The notes beneath the pieces were generated by a model. The model did not search any database. It was not told the origin of the DNA and worked only from the letters and a program-made list of their open reading frames with translations. Source: Selaginella moellendorffii (lineage: Eukaryota > Plantae > Lycopodiophyta). From it: a DNA stretch of 64,000 nt. Where the stretch lies: assembly GCF_000143415.4 (NCBI RefSeq), contig NW_003314334.1, positions 1 through 64,000 on the forward strand, read 5' to 3'. Positions 50,701 through 61,800 of the stretch are shown here, piece after piece. Position 1 is the first letter of the stretch, and each line of letters starts with the position of its first letter. A program made the position numbers and the translations under genes.

Positions 50701-53036
50701 GGGTACCAACATCTCAACTTAAACAACTAAGTTGAACATCACCATCCTCAACCATGGCACAAAACCACCAAGACCAAGTCATGATCAATGAGAGCTTACT
50801 ACTCTCATAGAGTCTAAACGAAATGCAAGGTGCAACCTACCACCAAGCACAACACTACAAAAGAAAAACACAAGGGTCACCTTTCTTAGAAAAGCGCAAC
50901 GGCCACTTTTCTACACCAACTCCAGACTCTATCCAACTCAATTGCCTTAGCCCTAAAAGTGAGCATCCCTTTTAGGCTGCATCATACAAACTACTTACTA
51001 AAGTCTAAGCCAACCAAAGTCAACTCCAACCCTTTCACTAGTTTGTACTGTCTTACAAAAATGGAATGGTTTTTGGGCAAAATGATCGACAGATCAGCTA
51101 TTGGAAAAGCCTAAGAAAATTTGTGGAAAATTTTCCATCCTAGAGAAAGAATGACTCTCAGTCTAGGAATACAAACCTTCAAGACTTAACCAACTTTCTC
51201 CTACTAACAACTTCACAAAGGTTCACCTCAACACCAATTCTCATGACCCATAGTATGCTTAAGTCTCGAACATCTTTGCCCATTTTTTCGACATCCAACA
51301 TTGACGTCCACAAAATGCAAAGTGAGGTGATTGAAGAAGAGTGTTAGTGCAATATGGATATCCGAAGATGTGGTCTTTGTGATCAAGCCTTGGGTGTTCT
51401 TCAAGATTCAATGTGAAGCCAAAACACTAACAAAAAAAATGGCATGGAAAATCAAGGTTTAAGGAAAATTCCTCATCACTCAAAATAACAATGTCACTTC
51501 CACTAACACAAATGCTAGTGATGTCAATGCCCTAACTACACATTTTCTCCATCCAACAATTTATTCCAAGTGTTAATGGATCAACCGATGAGCTATAGCA
51601 AATGAATGCTACAACCCTTTTCCAACACCACATAGGCAAACTCTCAAGGAAACAAGGTACTAACTTAAGCTTAACATAATGGACCACCATCAAGAATCCA
51701 GTCAAAGCTACTACAATGCTACTACATGCAAGTAGACTAGCTTCACCATTAACCACTTTGGGGTTGATCATCATTTAACCAAGAAACTTTGTAAACACAT
51801 TGCTCATTATCACATGGATATGATATGAGTATCACAATTATTTGATCATCAATCGAGCAACACTACGAGCAACGCCCATATCATTACTACAAAGGTTTAC
51901 GTAAGTATCAAGTGTTAACTCAATTCGACAAAATGCAACATAAATGCCACACTCCACCAATAGAGATTTACAACACCCAACACCACTAACTTTTGTTCAC
52001 AACACAGACAAACTCATGCCACTCTTTTTCCAACCAAACTCAACACTAATCCAACACCAAGCTACTCAAGGAGCAATAGCAAGGTTCCTCGGAAAAGAAT
52101 TGAGCATTGTAACCCAAGTCTTCCAATGGCAAGCCTAGACAAAATGGTTTAGCGCTTCACCACTATCCATCCCATGACTCACCACTTGTAAGACCATCAT
52201 CTCCAAGATATATCAAGGTAGGGACTCTTGATTGCATAATATGAATACGAGCAATGAGTTAACACCTCGTTGCAAATCATCTTTCCAAGAAAAGAAGATG
52301 ATTTATGTGTTTGATCCTTCGTCCCCGATGACTCTCTTTTCGGTCTAAGCTCTATTTCGTTAAAGTGGGATTTATTCAGTAAAATGGGACTAGGTACAAA
52401 TTTTCAAGTATTTGAAAATGACGTGAAATTATATGTTTTTTGTCCAGGGGGCTAGACATATCTGGGGCATGGTGACTAGCGCGGTGACTTTGTGTCCAGA
52501 CTGAGTCCATCTGGTTGTATAATAAATCTCATTGTCAAGGTGAACAAGCCGAATCTGAAGCTAAAGAAGAGCGATGGCATGCGCGCACACACTATTTGTT
52601 TGTTCATTGAGCGTGTGGTGAGCTTTCCAAGATGAACGTCATTCCTATTAGCCAGACATATAACTTAATGGTGAGAACATTTAGATATTATTCAATGTTA
52701 TCTTTTTCTAACGAATCTAATTGTGAAGGTGTAGCAAGAGGCATTGCTAGTCTGGAGAAGTCATTTAACTCATTTGACCCTTAGTGTATTTTCATGAAAC
52801 TAAATAACATTCATATTATTAAGGAATTTCTCTAGTACCTTTTTTTTACGACATAGAGGCTTGCATTTGTTTCAAAGGTGATTTAGTAAAAGGCCTGAGG
52901 GCACATGCCATTCTATTTCTCAGACCAGTATTAAGATATACTAGTGCAAAGGGCCACATGCCATCACGCCTCCTCTGATTCAGATTCGGATTGTTCACCT
53001 TGAAATAAAATACATTAGAAACTTAGTAAAGGAATA

Positions 53037-56000
53037 TTAAATCTCACCTTGAACCCGGGTTATGAATGCTCTTGCTGCATCTCTTGCATGGTCTGGCAAG
53101 GTGATGGTGGCACTCTGCTTCCGCATCCAACCATGCACAACATTATCCACCGATATGCTCATGCTGGGATCCCTTGGATTCAGCACCCATCTCTTTTCTA
53201 GGCAATCCTTCGTATATCCGGAACTTGGCTTGAACCACTCCACAGTTACATTGAAGGAGTTAGTTTCCGCGTCCTCCTCTGCATCAGTGATGCAGCGCCC
53301 CACCCATATCATTTGTTTTTTATTACTGGGTCTGACAAGCACGACCATTCCTTTGCAGACCTGTACTGGATTGAATGCTGAATCCGGCTTCTTGTTCCTC
53401 GGCCCACAATAGTGATCCTCAACATCCTTATCTGTCACTGCATTTCCAGAGGACATTGTTCCGCTACTATCTGGTGCTCTGGGTTCTGGCCAAAAGGACT
53501 CTTCCAATTCTTCATATACAACCGGCCCATTTTGGATAGCAGATATAATCTTCTCCCAGTATTCGAGCAAAGGCTTGCACCTCTTAAAATAGGATTCTCC
53601 ACCAAACACCAACCCCCTCTTCCAGAAGGCAATATGCTGTCTAATCCCGGCCACTATACTTTCCTGGTCTTTGAGTCCATCCGGGTGCATCGGCCGTGGG
53701 GAACCTTGAGGAATCATAGGTTCCCCAGTTATGGGATCTCTCTTGAAGAGTTCAATGCCGTCCACTGGCAGCCACACTGTGTCCCATTCTCTCATCTTGT
53801 ACCTCATCACTGGAGCACCGTCACACATGCTGAAATGAAACTGAAGAGGCTTGGAGTGGCCAATCAGCGTTTCGGATCCGTCCCTGATGTAGCCTCTTAC
53901 AAACCCCTTAAAGTCTGGAACCTCTGTCACAAGTGCAGCTTCAACAGTGCCTTTGATGCAATTTTGGAATTCATCGTAGAGTTGTGGGAGGGTGAGGACA
54001 TTGGATCGCCGGAGGGACTCTGCCAGGTGACTGAACATGGCATCGACGTCTTCATGAGTGTGCCCAACCATGAGAAAGCCAAGTGTAACCGTTTCAAATA
54101 TGCCTTTGGCAACAAGCATTGCCAAGTACGCGAAGACGTACATGTTTTTGTTCTCACTGCCAGCATTGTCTGTTTGGAGCAAAAGATGGGGTGGAAGGCC
54201 ACATCGGCCGCAAGAACTTCCTTGAGATTCTGCTTCGTTTGGATGAGGCTGTGCATTCACCGGGCGACCAGCCTCGTCGGAATGGCATGAGGCCTCACGT
54301 GATAACCCTACAATCTGACGGCCAACATATTCACTGGGATGGCATGGGGCCCCACGCGATACTGCAAGCCTTTGCTCCTCCTCCAGCTGAACCCTGTATG
54401 GGGTACGATCGACAAGGGCCTTATGCAAGGGTTGGCCGTTCAGCTCAGTCTGCGCACTTTGCAGAGACCTTAAGTGTTTTGCTAGGGACGCAATCATCAT
54501 GTTTGCACCCCCGCCACCCCATAGAGGTACAAAGAAGTTCCCATAGTTCTGGGCACCATGCCCATGAGCGATTATGCCAAACAGAGACACAGGCAGCTGC
54601 ATGGATGAAGAGATTGCCTTGGGGGCAGGATTGAGTCGAGGTAAGCACGTCTTTTTCTGGTCCATTTTGTCGTGGATGATGCAGAGGTAAGAGTCAGGTC
54701 TCTCCATGGAGAGAATCCTGTTATGATAATATGCAGTCCTGCAGCTTCTTTGCTCGATGTTGTGGTCGAGCCGCCTTCTAACCAACGTCTCTCGCTCTTG
54801 AGCGCTGCAAGAATTCTTCGACAAAGCCATTTTGATAGCAGTGCACTCGTCACACTTTGAAAAGCTGGAGTACTTTCCTATACTCACATCCCTGAACCTG
54901 TTGCTCCACAATCTACTAAATCTAGATTGGCTCAGCTTCCTGTAGCCATTACTCTGGAGTTCCCGATTCACATCTTCCAATATGGCCCCCTTGGTATACA
55001 TGGAAGGGAGAACTCGTTGGGTGTCTCGTGTTCCATCTTCCAAGAGGCGGGTTTTATGTGGTTGCTGCTCGCTACATGTCTCGACAAACCTCTTGAAGAT
55101 TGCCTCTCCATATACAACATGACCCCTGGTTTTGTGCGTACCGTCGTTCCCATGGACTGCCTGTTGAACCCTTTGTTCCTCGAACTCAGTTTTGATTCTG
55201 TAGAATGTGCTTCGAGGGACTCCATAAATGATTCTCCATGCCTTCATGCAGACCAAACCCCTCTGGAAGACCATGCCCCCCACCTGATGTTCTGAAGCAT
55301 CAACAAATGACCGTAATGCCTCATACACAAAATTGCGAGCTGCCTTCCAGGACAATGTCTTGTATCTTGCTCTCTCCTCTTCAATAGCATCCCAATCAGC
55401 ATGTTGACAGCACCTCCTCTTGCAACAAGCAACTGTCGAGACCATTCGAACCTCCATCGCCATTTTCTGCCTTTTTGGTTCGTTGCTCAGATCCCTTTGG
55501 CTGCGCTGTAGGAAGGTGTACTTTCTTTTCCCATGAAGAGATGTTCTGTCATCAGTTGTAGTGGTGTTTGATTGTGAATCCTTCACATTCTCAAACACTA
55601 AATGCCTCAATTTCCACCGCACAATGCTTCCAATAGTCAGACTATTTTCTTCTGTGTCAACAACCTCTAAAATTGCAACTCCAATATCATCCCAGCCCAA
55701 TTCTTGATTAGCAACCGCATCTCTTGGATCGACAACTGTGGCTAAGCCCTCAGCTACCACCTCCCCCTCGGGGTTGTTTAGAAACACCTTTGCCTGAATC
55801 CATGTAGCACGGTTCTTAAGATCCACGGAGGGAACATGCGTCGCACTTGCGCTGTCCCCAACATCTGCTTTCTTCTGTAGATTTTTCAAGGCAACAACAA
55901 CATTTACCCCGACAACCATCTCTCCTCGTTCAATAGCGACCACATTCCCATCGAAGACAGTCTCTACTGATACAGCAGCATTGCCTTCCCCAAGCCTTTG

Positions 56001-56102
56001 ACAGTGTATAACAAAGTTCCGATCCATAGACACAAGGGTCCCTTTTGCAACTCTCTTCCCACCATTCAAAATGTAAACCTTTTCCCCAACCCTGAAGGCC
56101 AT
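53037..56102 (-). CDS. Sola-type (DUF7869-like) DDD transposase, 1021 aa, intact
   Basis: Catalytic motifs 'IIHDKMDQKK', 'LQTDNAGSENKN', 'FLMVGHTHEDVDAMFS'; Cys clusters CCKRRCC, CMKAW..IYG, CDEC; two N-terminal repeats; a 3' splice site immediately precedes the ATG. Confidence 0.82.
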   Translation of the reverse strand: MAFRVGEKVYILNGGKRVAKGTLVSMDRNFVIHCQRLGEGNAAVSVETVFDGNVVAIERGEMVVGVNVVVALKNLQKKADVGDSASATHVPSVDLKNRATWIQAKVFLNNPEGEVVAEGLATVVDPRDAVANQELGWDDIGVAILEVVDTEENSLTIGSIVRWKLRHLVFENVKDSQSNTTTTDDRTSLHGKRKYTFLQRSQRDLSNEPKRQKMAMEVRMVSTVACCKRRCCQHADWDAIEEERARYKTLSWKAARNFVYEALRSFVDASEHQVGGMVFQRGLVCMKAWRIIYGVPRSTFYRIKTEFEEQRVQQAVHGNDGTHKTRGHVVYGEAIFKRFVETCSEQQPHKTRLLEDGTRDTQRVLPSMYTKGAILEDVNRELQSNGYRKLSQSRFSRLWSNRFRDVSIGKYSSFSKCDECTAIKMALSKNSCSAQERETLVRRRLDHNIEQRSCRTAYYHNRILSMERPDSYLCIIHDKMDQKKTCLPRLNPAPKAISSSMQLPVSLFGIIAHGHGAQNYGNFFVPLWGGGGANMMIASLAKHLRSLQSAQTELNGQPLHKALVDRTPYRVQLEEEQRLAVSRGAPCHPSEYVGRQIVGLSREASCHSDEAGRPVNAQPHPNEAESQGSSCGRCGLPPHLLLQTDNAGSENKNMYVFAYLAMLVAKGIFETVTLGFLMVGHTHEDVDAMFSHLAESLRRSNVLTLPQLYDEFQNCIKGTVEAALVTEVPDFKGFVRGYIRDGSETLIGHSKPLQFHFSMCDGAPVMRYKMREWDTVWLPVDGIELFKRDPITGEPMIPQGSPRPMHPDGLKDQESIVAGIRQHIAFWKRGLVFGGESYFKRCKPLLEYWEKIISAIQNGPVVYEELEESFWPEPRAPDSSGTMSSGNAVTDKDVEDHYCGPRNKKPDSAFNPVQVCKGMVVLVRPSNKKQMIWVGRCITDAEEDAETNSFNVTVEWFKPSSGYTKDCLEKRWVLNPRDPSMSISVDNVVHGWMRKQSATITLPDHARDAARAFITRVQGEI

Positions 56103-56281
56103 TCTGAAAGTGCAGAAAAGAAGTTAAGACCATACAAAAAATGATTGGAGAATGGCCTAAATCATAACATACCAAATAGCATGAGGCCACATGCCATTAT
56201 TCAAACATGCTATTGACACCCACGTGAAATTTCACATTCACAAAATTGGCATGAGCCCTCATGCCATTAGTGGTACCACTA

Positions 56282-56473
56282 ATGGCATGAGGCCTCACGC
56301 TATCTTTGGCCCCTGCTAGCCTGTTGCTATATTCCTTTTGCCTTGTTGCAACTGTATATATTTTTGTGTGTGTGACTAGTCACCCATACAAAAATATATA
56401 CAGTTGCAGCAAGGCAAAAGGAATATGGCAATAGGCTAGTAGGGGCCAAAGATGGCATGAGGCCTCATGGCAT
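56282..56473. repeat. 192-bp near-perfect loopless inverted repeat capped at both ends by the 22-bp palindrome
   Basis: Centre GTGACT|AGTCAC at 56377/56378; arms compared base by base. Confidence 0.95.
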
Positions 56474-56668
56474 CTTGATAGACATGCAGGCGCGGGCCAG
56501 GAAGAACATACATGACGATACGCTAGCCATGACATTGCAAGGGCCCAAGATGGCATGTGGCCTCATGCCATTTCTAAATGTGGTCCTAAACCATTCCATG
56601 GTGAACATACCAGGAAGCACAAGTGCCGAATATCAAGAGGAAGCGGTAGCCACACCAAAGACAGTGCT

Positions 56669-56860
56669 GCTCGCAACACCGCAACTACTCGTAGCGCCGC
56701 TCACAACACCGCAACTGCTCGTAGCGCCGCTCGCACAAACTGCCACTCACATAAACTGCCGCTCGCAATGGCGCTCGCAATGCCGCAACCGCTTGTAGAC
56801 GCATAAACCACAGCTCACAACGCCGCTTACACAAGCAGCGCTCACTGCGCTCAGCGGAAC
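56669..56860. repeat. GC-rich tandem repeat (30-bp unit x2, then degenerate units) upstream of the transposase
   Basis: gctcgcaacaccgcaactactcgtagcgcc is repeated. Confidence 0.75.
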
Positions 56861-57595
56861 CAAGAACACGGCGCACAAAAATGATAGACCTAGGAATGAG
56901 TTCGAGAATTCAAAAATAACACACGCTTGAACGTCACATCAAATCCTCTGACAAACCAGATCTTATGATCTTATGATTCAAATTTCAAACTGAGTAGCTT
57001 CTAGACTTTGCTGTCGGAGGTTGAACTTTGTCACATCATGTCCTTGCCTCGATCCAGCTGTGCCATGTCAGTGATTTGAACTTTGCCATGCCATGTCAGC
57101 GATCCGCGCCAAGATTATTTGCCGTGTAAAGGAATAATTATGCTGTGTGTGTATGTCCATTTATGGCAATATAAGGCCACATGCCATTCAAAGAATAATG
57201 CTAGTTGAGCATCTTTTGGTGCATTTTTGGGTTCAAAATTGCATGAGCCCACACGCTATAAAGTTTACCTGTACCAAAAATAGAAACAACTTTATTTACT
57301 TGGGAATTTATATGGCTGAGGCATTTTTAAACTTACAAACACATGCCCTACTTACATTCCTTTGGTTGCTTAAAATTCAAAAATATTATAAACCTTTTTT
57401 TTTGCATTTTCAATGTTTTCAATTATGGTTTTTGATTTTCGCAGGACCAGCCTAGTAATCTATTTGCATCCCGTCATGTTTATAGCTAGCTTTTGTTTGT
57501 CCCCTTCGCTAGCCTGAGATACATCTGCTCGGCATCTGCCTCTTACAGCATTTGCCCAGAAAGGGCATCTTTCTTCACGCAGCATTTGCCACATG

Positions 57596-57627
57596 TTTAG
57601 GGTTAGGGTTTAGGGTTTAGGGTTTAG
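57596..57627 (+). repeat. Interstitial plant telomere repeat (TTTAGGG, ~4.5 units)
   Basis: TTTAGGG TTAGGG TTTAGGG TTTAGGG TTTAG. Confidence 0.9.
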
Positions 57628-58838
57628 CAATTCAGTAGCTTGATAAACATGCAAATACAGAACTTGATGCAAAATCCTTTGATATGTCACAATGCCCCTA
57701 GGACCATAAACACATTTCAATAGAGAGGGTCCTTTCATTTCATAACTCCTTACGTAGCTCTTGGTGAAACCAGAGTTAGTGAAGTTGGTTTCTTGTGATC
57801 CCGCATCTGATTGTGATGTCCCTTTGCAGTGTCGATGGAAAGGTCAATGCACACCAAACTGTAGAATCTTGGAGCAAAATAACGGTCGGATCTATGGCAA
57901 ATGCCCCTGAAACATTGTAAGGCTCGTATGGTCTCATGTGGTGTCCGATCGAGATGCTTCTTTGCAAGGTCATCAAGAAGGACATTGTATACCATTCTGT
58001 AAAATCTGGTTGCGATCTAACGGTTGGATCTCCAGGAAACTCAAAACAATCTCGCGCGTGTTAGAATATTCTAGGAATATACTCCTATGTGCTCCTGAAA
58101 ATGGCATGCGGCCCCACGCCATTCAAGAGATAACGCCAGATGACGCCAGGCATTTTTTGGTGCATTTTTTGGGATCAAAATTGCATGAGCCCACATGCTT
58201 GAACGTCATCCTCTGAGAATTTATTTAGCTGAACATCTGGCATTTTTGGAAATACAAGATGCTTTGGAATATCCAATCATGCATGGTATAAATATAGCGA
58301 GGGTATTAAATGATATCCCAATCATGATCTTTCTTTTGGATTTCGCGTGCATGCAGTCCGAGGAATGATGACGTTGCGGATTTCTTTTGGATTTCACGCA
58401 TGCGCGCGCCGATCCAGAAATTAATGGTGGCGCCCAAGTCCGAGAAATGATGACGTGGCGGGATTACCAACTGTCGTGACATTTCGCGCGTGTGAGGTTA
58501 GGTTTTGCATTTTGCTTCGTACTCGCGCTCGCATCGCGCTCCCACTCGCGCTCCCACTTCTCTACAGGTTTCTCGTGTGCATCGGCGTCCACTCGCGCTT
58601 GCATCACACTCGCGCTCGCATCGCGCTGGCGTCCACTTCAAGACACACCCAGTTTGTAACTTCGCCACCAACTCCGCCGCCCACTCCGCCACCCACACGC
58701 AGCCCACTTGGCGTCCCGGGAGATTTCAGCGCCACTCTCCAACTGTAAGTGGCAGAGTAGCCTTGCTGCTACGATCCGCTGCACACACAGTGCACATTCG
58801 CCAGCGAGTCCGGTTGTCACGCCTCCATTCGGCTTCAA

Positions 58839-61800
58839 ATGGTAAGTCTTTTAGGCCAAGTAGAAAATGGCATGAGGCCACATGCCATTCAGTAGCAACA
58901 TTGGCATGCACCGATTGGGCTCTCGAGTGCAGTCCGGTTACAGATGGCGTGTAGCCTCACGCCATCTTAGGATGCAGCCTCAAGACATCTGATGCAGTGG
59001 TGAATAGCGTGTGGCCTCACGTTATTTCCAGCTACTAGCTTTTCATCTGCCAGCTCTAATTGTTGTGCATTTCTGAACAGGCGAGGAATTGCGTTCTTCT
59101 TCCAGCCACTGTCAATGTGGATGCAGAGAAGGGGGAGGAGCTCACCAGTTGGACTTTCGGGATGGAAGGCGAGGATTTGAGGCTGTACAACACAGATGGT
59201 GGGAGAAAAGAATGCATGGGGATCCTCATCCAAATGACAGACACTCCATGCAGTTCCATGCAAGAATATGGACTGGCACTTGTGGTAGAGACAGCGTCTG
59301 CCTTCAAGATCCACCTTGCACATCCTAGCAGCTTCCCGGAGGGGGGCAGCGGCTATGAGGAATTCCTAGAGGGAGCTAGGGAGAGGTTGTCCAGGAGGCC
59401 CACAATTTCAAAGACGTTGCGGGTCTATGAAGATAACATGGAATCCACGGACCTCACCTACGGCGATGTTCAAAAACTATATTCCAACATTGAGCCGTTG
59501 AGAGTGACTCCAGTTCGCGAAGCAAAGGGGAAGGGGGTCGATCTGGAAACTACTTCGAAGCAGAAAAGGGTGGTCAAGCTCAAGCCGACGTCCGACTCTC
59601 CTGCACCAAAAAAGAAGCTACTCAGTGATGCCATTGCCTCGGGTTCGAACACTACACCCACCAAAAAGAAGAGCCGCAAAGAGCAGAAAGAGCAAGAAGA
59701 GGCAGCAAAAATCGTCGCAGATAATAGTACTTGTTACTATTCCAACAAAGTATATACAATCGACGTGAGCCGTATCGACATCCAAAGCAAATACAACCAC
59801 AGGCTAGTATCTGATGAGTGGGTGGAGAAATTGAAGCAGAAGATGCTAGCAAGTCCAGTAACACCCGACATCGCAGACGTGATCCCCTACTACCAAAAAA
59901 TGAAGGGCGAGATGAGGTTTCCAGACTTGATCAATAGGAAGGTGTTGGACGATCAGAACATCCGGTTCTATGCCGTCTCCGGGCAGCATTCTAGCTTGGC
60001 GATGCAAGAGATAGTTGTGGATATTATGGTGGGCGAGGAGGTGAAGAAAGTCTTCAAGACAAGAGTTGTCCGCCTGATAAAAGGCAACTCGCCCCTCCGA
60101 TCTATCATATACATCTCCCACACGCAGAATGTCAAGCAAGAAACGTGCTACAAATCGGGTCTGCACGAGACATTGGCACGAACACGGAAGCTCTGGGTTC
60201 AACTGAAGAAGCCACAAAAACCAGGACAAGGACGTGCACTAGCAACTAGCGCCTGGTAGGTAAGCCTCGTTGTATGTGGCATAGCATGTGGCCTCACGCC
60301 ATTTCCATTGCAGGAATTCTCGAGTCTTCTCTCGAAAACACTGGGGGTCAATGACACACTCAGCATCCATAACATTCTACTCGCGACAAAAGTTGTTTTT
60401 GACAAATGGGTAGATGTGCTGAGGAGGTACCATGACGGGGAGTTGCCAAACTCAATGGGTGTGGAGGACGGCCGGAAGCCCAATGATTTGAAGCTCAACG
60501 CCTTGCGTTTCTCGCGGTCTCTAGACGACGATGACCTTCTGACAGTGGCTAATGCTCTTCTACGTGGTGAGGTTGTCTTCAACAAGACCAAAATGACTCC
60601 CAGCCATATTGTGACATACGAGGACTTGTGCACGACTTTGAGAGCTCGTGCGCTATTGAAGGATTGGATCTTCGAGCAAGTGGCCGTGGAGAGGGTGAGC
60701 ATCGACACCACGCAAGAGATGATGGAAGCGCTGGAGTTGTCAAATGAAGACATCGACGAGTACGTGAAGGGGGCCCCCAAGTTCATCGATCTGCTGCGGG
60801 ATGCCACGAAAAGTAAAGCTGAGAAGTTGGATCAGTATCCAAATTTCATTAAGATTGATGTCGACCGCCGGCTTCAGAAACAGCTCGACCCCGCAGCAGA
60901 GGCCTATCGAGAACCTTACCGGGTATACTTGAATTCGGATGAGGATGAAAGGTGGAGGAGCATCGTTTCCCGCGGAGATGAGCAGGTCAAGAACATCTTT
61001 TGTGTGATGGACTTCACAAACGAGGAGATCACTCATGCAGACGAAGTCAGCTCCATCATTGACTTAATGGTGGGACTTGCGGAGGTGGAATCTTCAGTCC
61101 ACTATATGATCTATGACTCCGAATCCTATCACAAGTTCTGGAAGGCCTTGAATGAGGTGAAGGCTCAGTTGAAAGGCAAGGAGATGCGGGAGATCCATGG
61201 GATAATGGCTAAGAAGAAGATACCGACGAATGTCCGCATCTTCACACTCGCCCTTGTTATTGGTCCTGCAGCAGAGTGGGACTGGAGTGACTTCCCAGCT
61301 TCGTTCGACAAGGCCAATCGAATTGATCTGAGGGAGGTCAATTTACCCGTGCCTGAGGAACTGAAGACGGCTATGGAGCTTTCGAATCCAAAGAAAGCTC
61401 CAGGTGCAGCATGGGAAATGCTCAGCTGGGTCTTCAACGCAATAGCGGGTGGGTCACCTGCTTCCGACTCCAAGGGCAAATGCGTTGTCGAGTACAACTG
61501 CGGCGGACTATTCTTTCGAGCCGCACTACTCAAGGGTGTCCCGTGTGTTGCAGTGACAAACTCCATTGAAGAGGTGACTTCAATGGAGCATATAATTACA
61601 GTTGCCAAAGAAAAATAGTATCTTCTCTACGAACCTGGTGAGTACGCACTTTAAGTTTAAATGTTATCTCACAAGCTCTGTATGCAGGAGCGTGGCCACC
61701 CCCAGATGCTGAAACGGCGTTAACAGCTACTGTTGAAGATACCCATGTTGGGCCGAGCTCACAACCTGCACAAGGTAAGGTCACGTGAGGCCTCACGCCA

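Noticed and set aside
47450-52230. AC-rich region, probably a decayed retroelement
   Set aside because: No motif or boundary could be read reliably.
52340-52520. Terminal inverted repeat or TSD of the Sola-like unit
   Set aside because: The partner end is outside the window and no diagnostic terminus was recognised.
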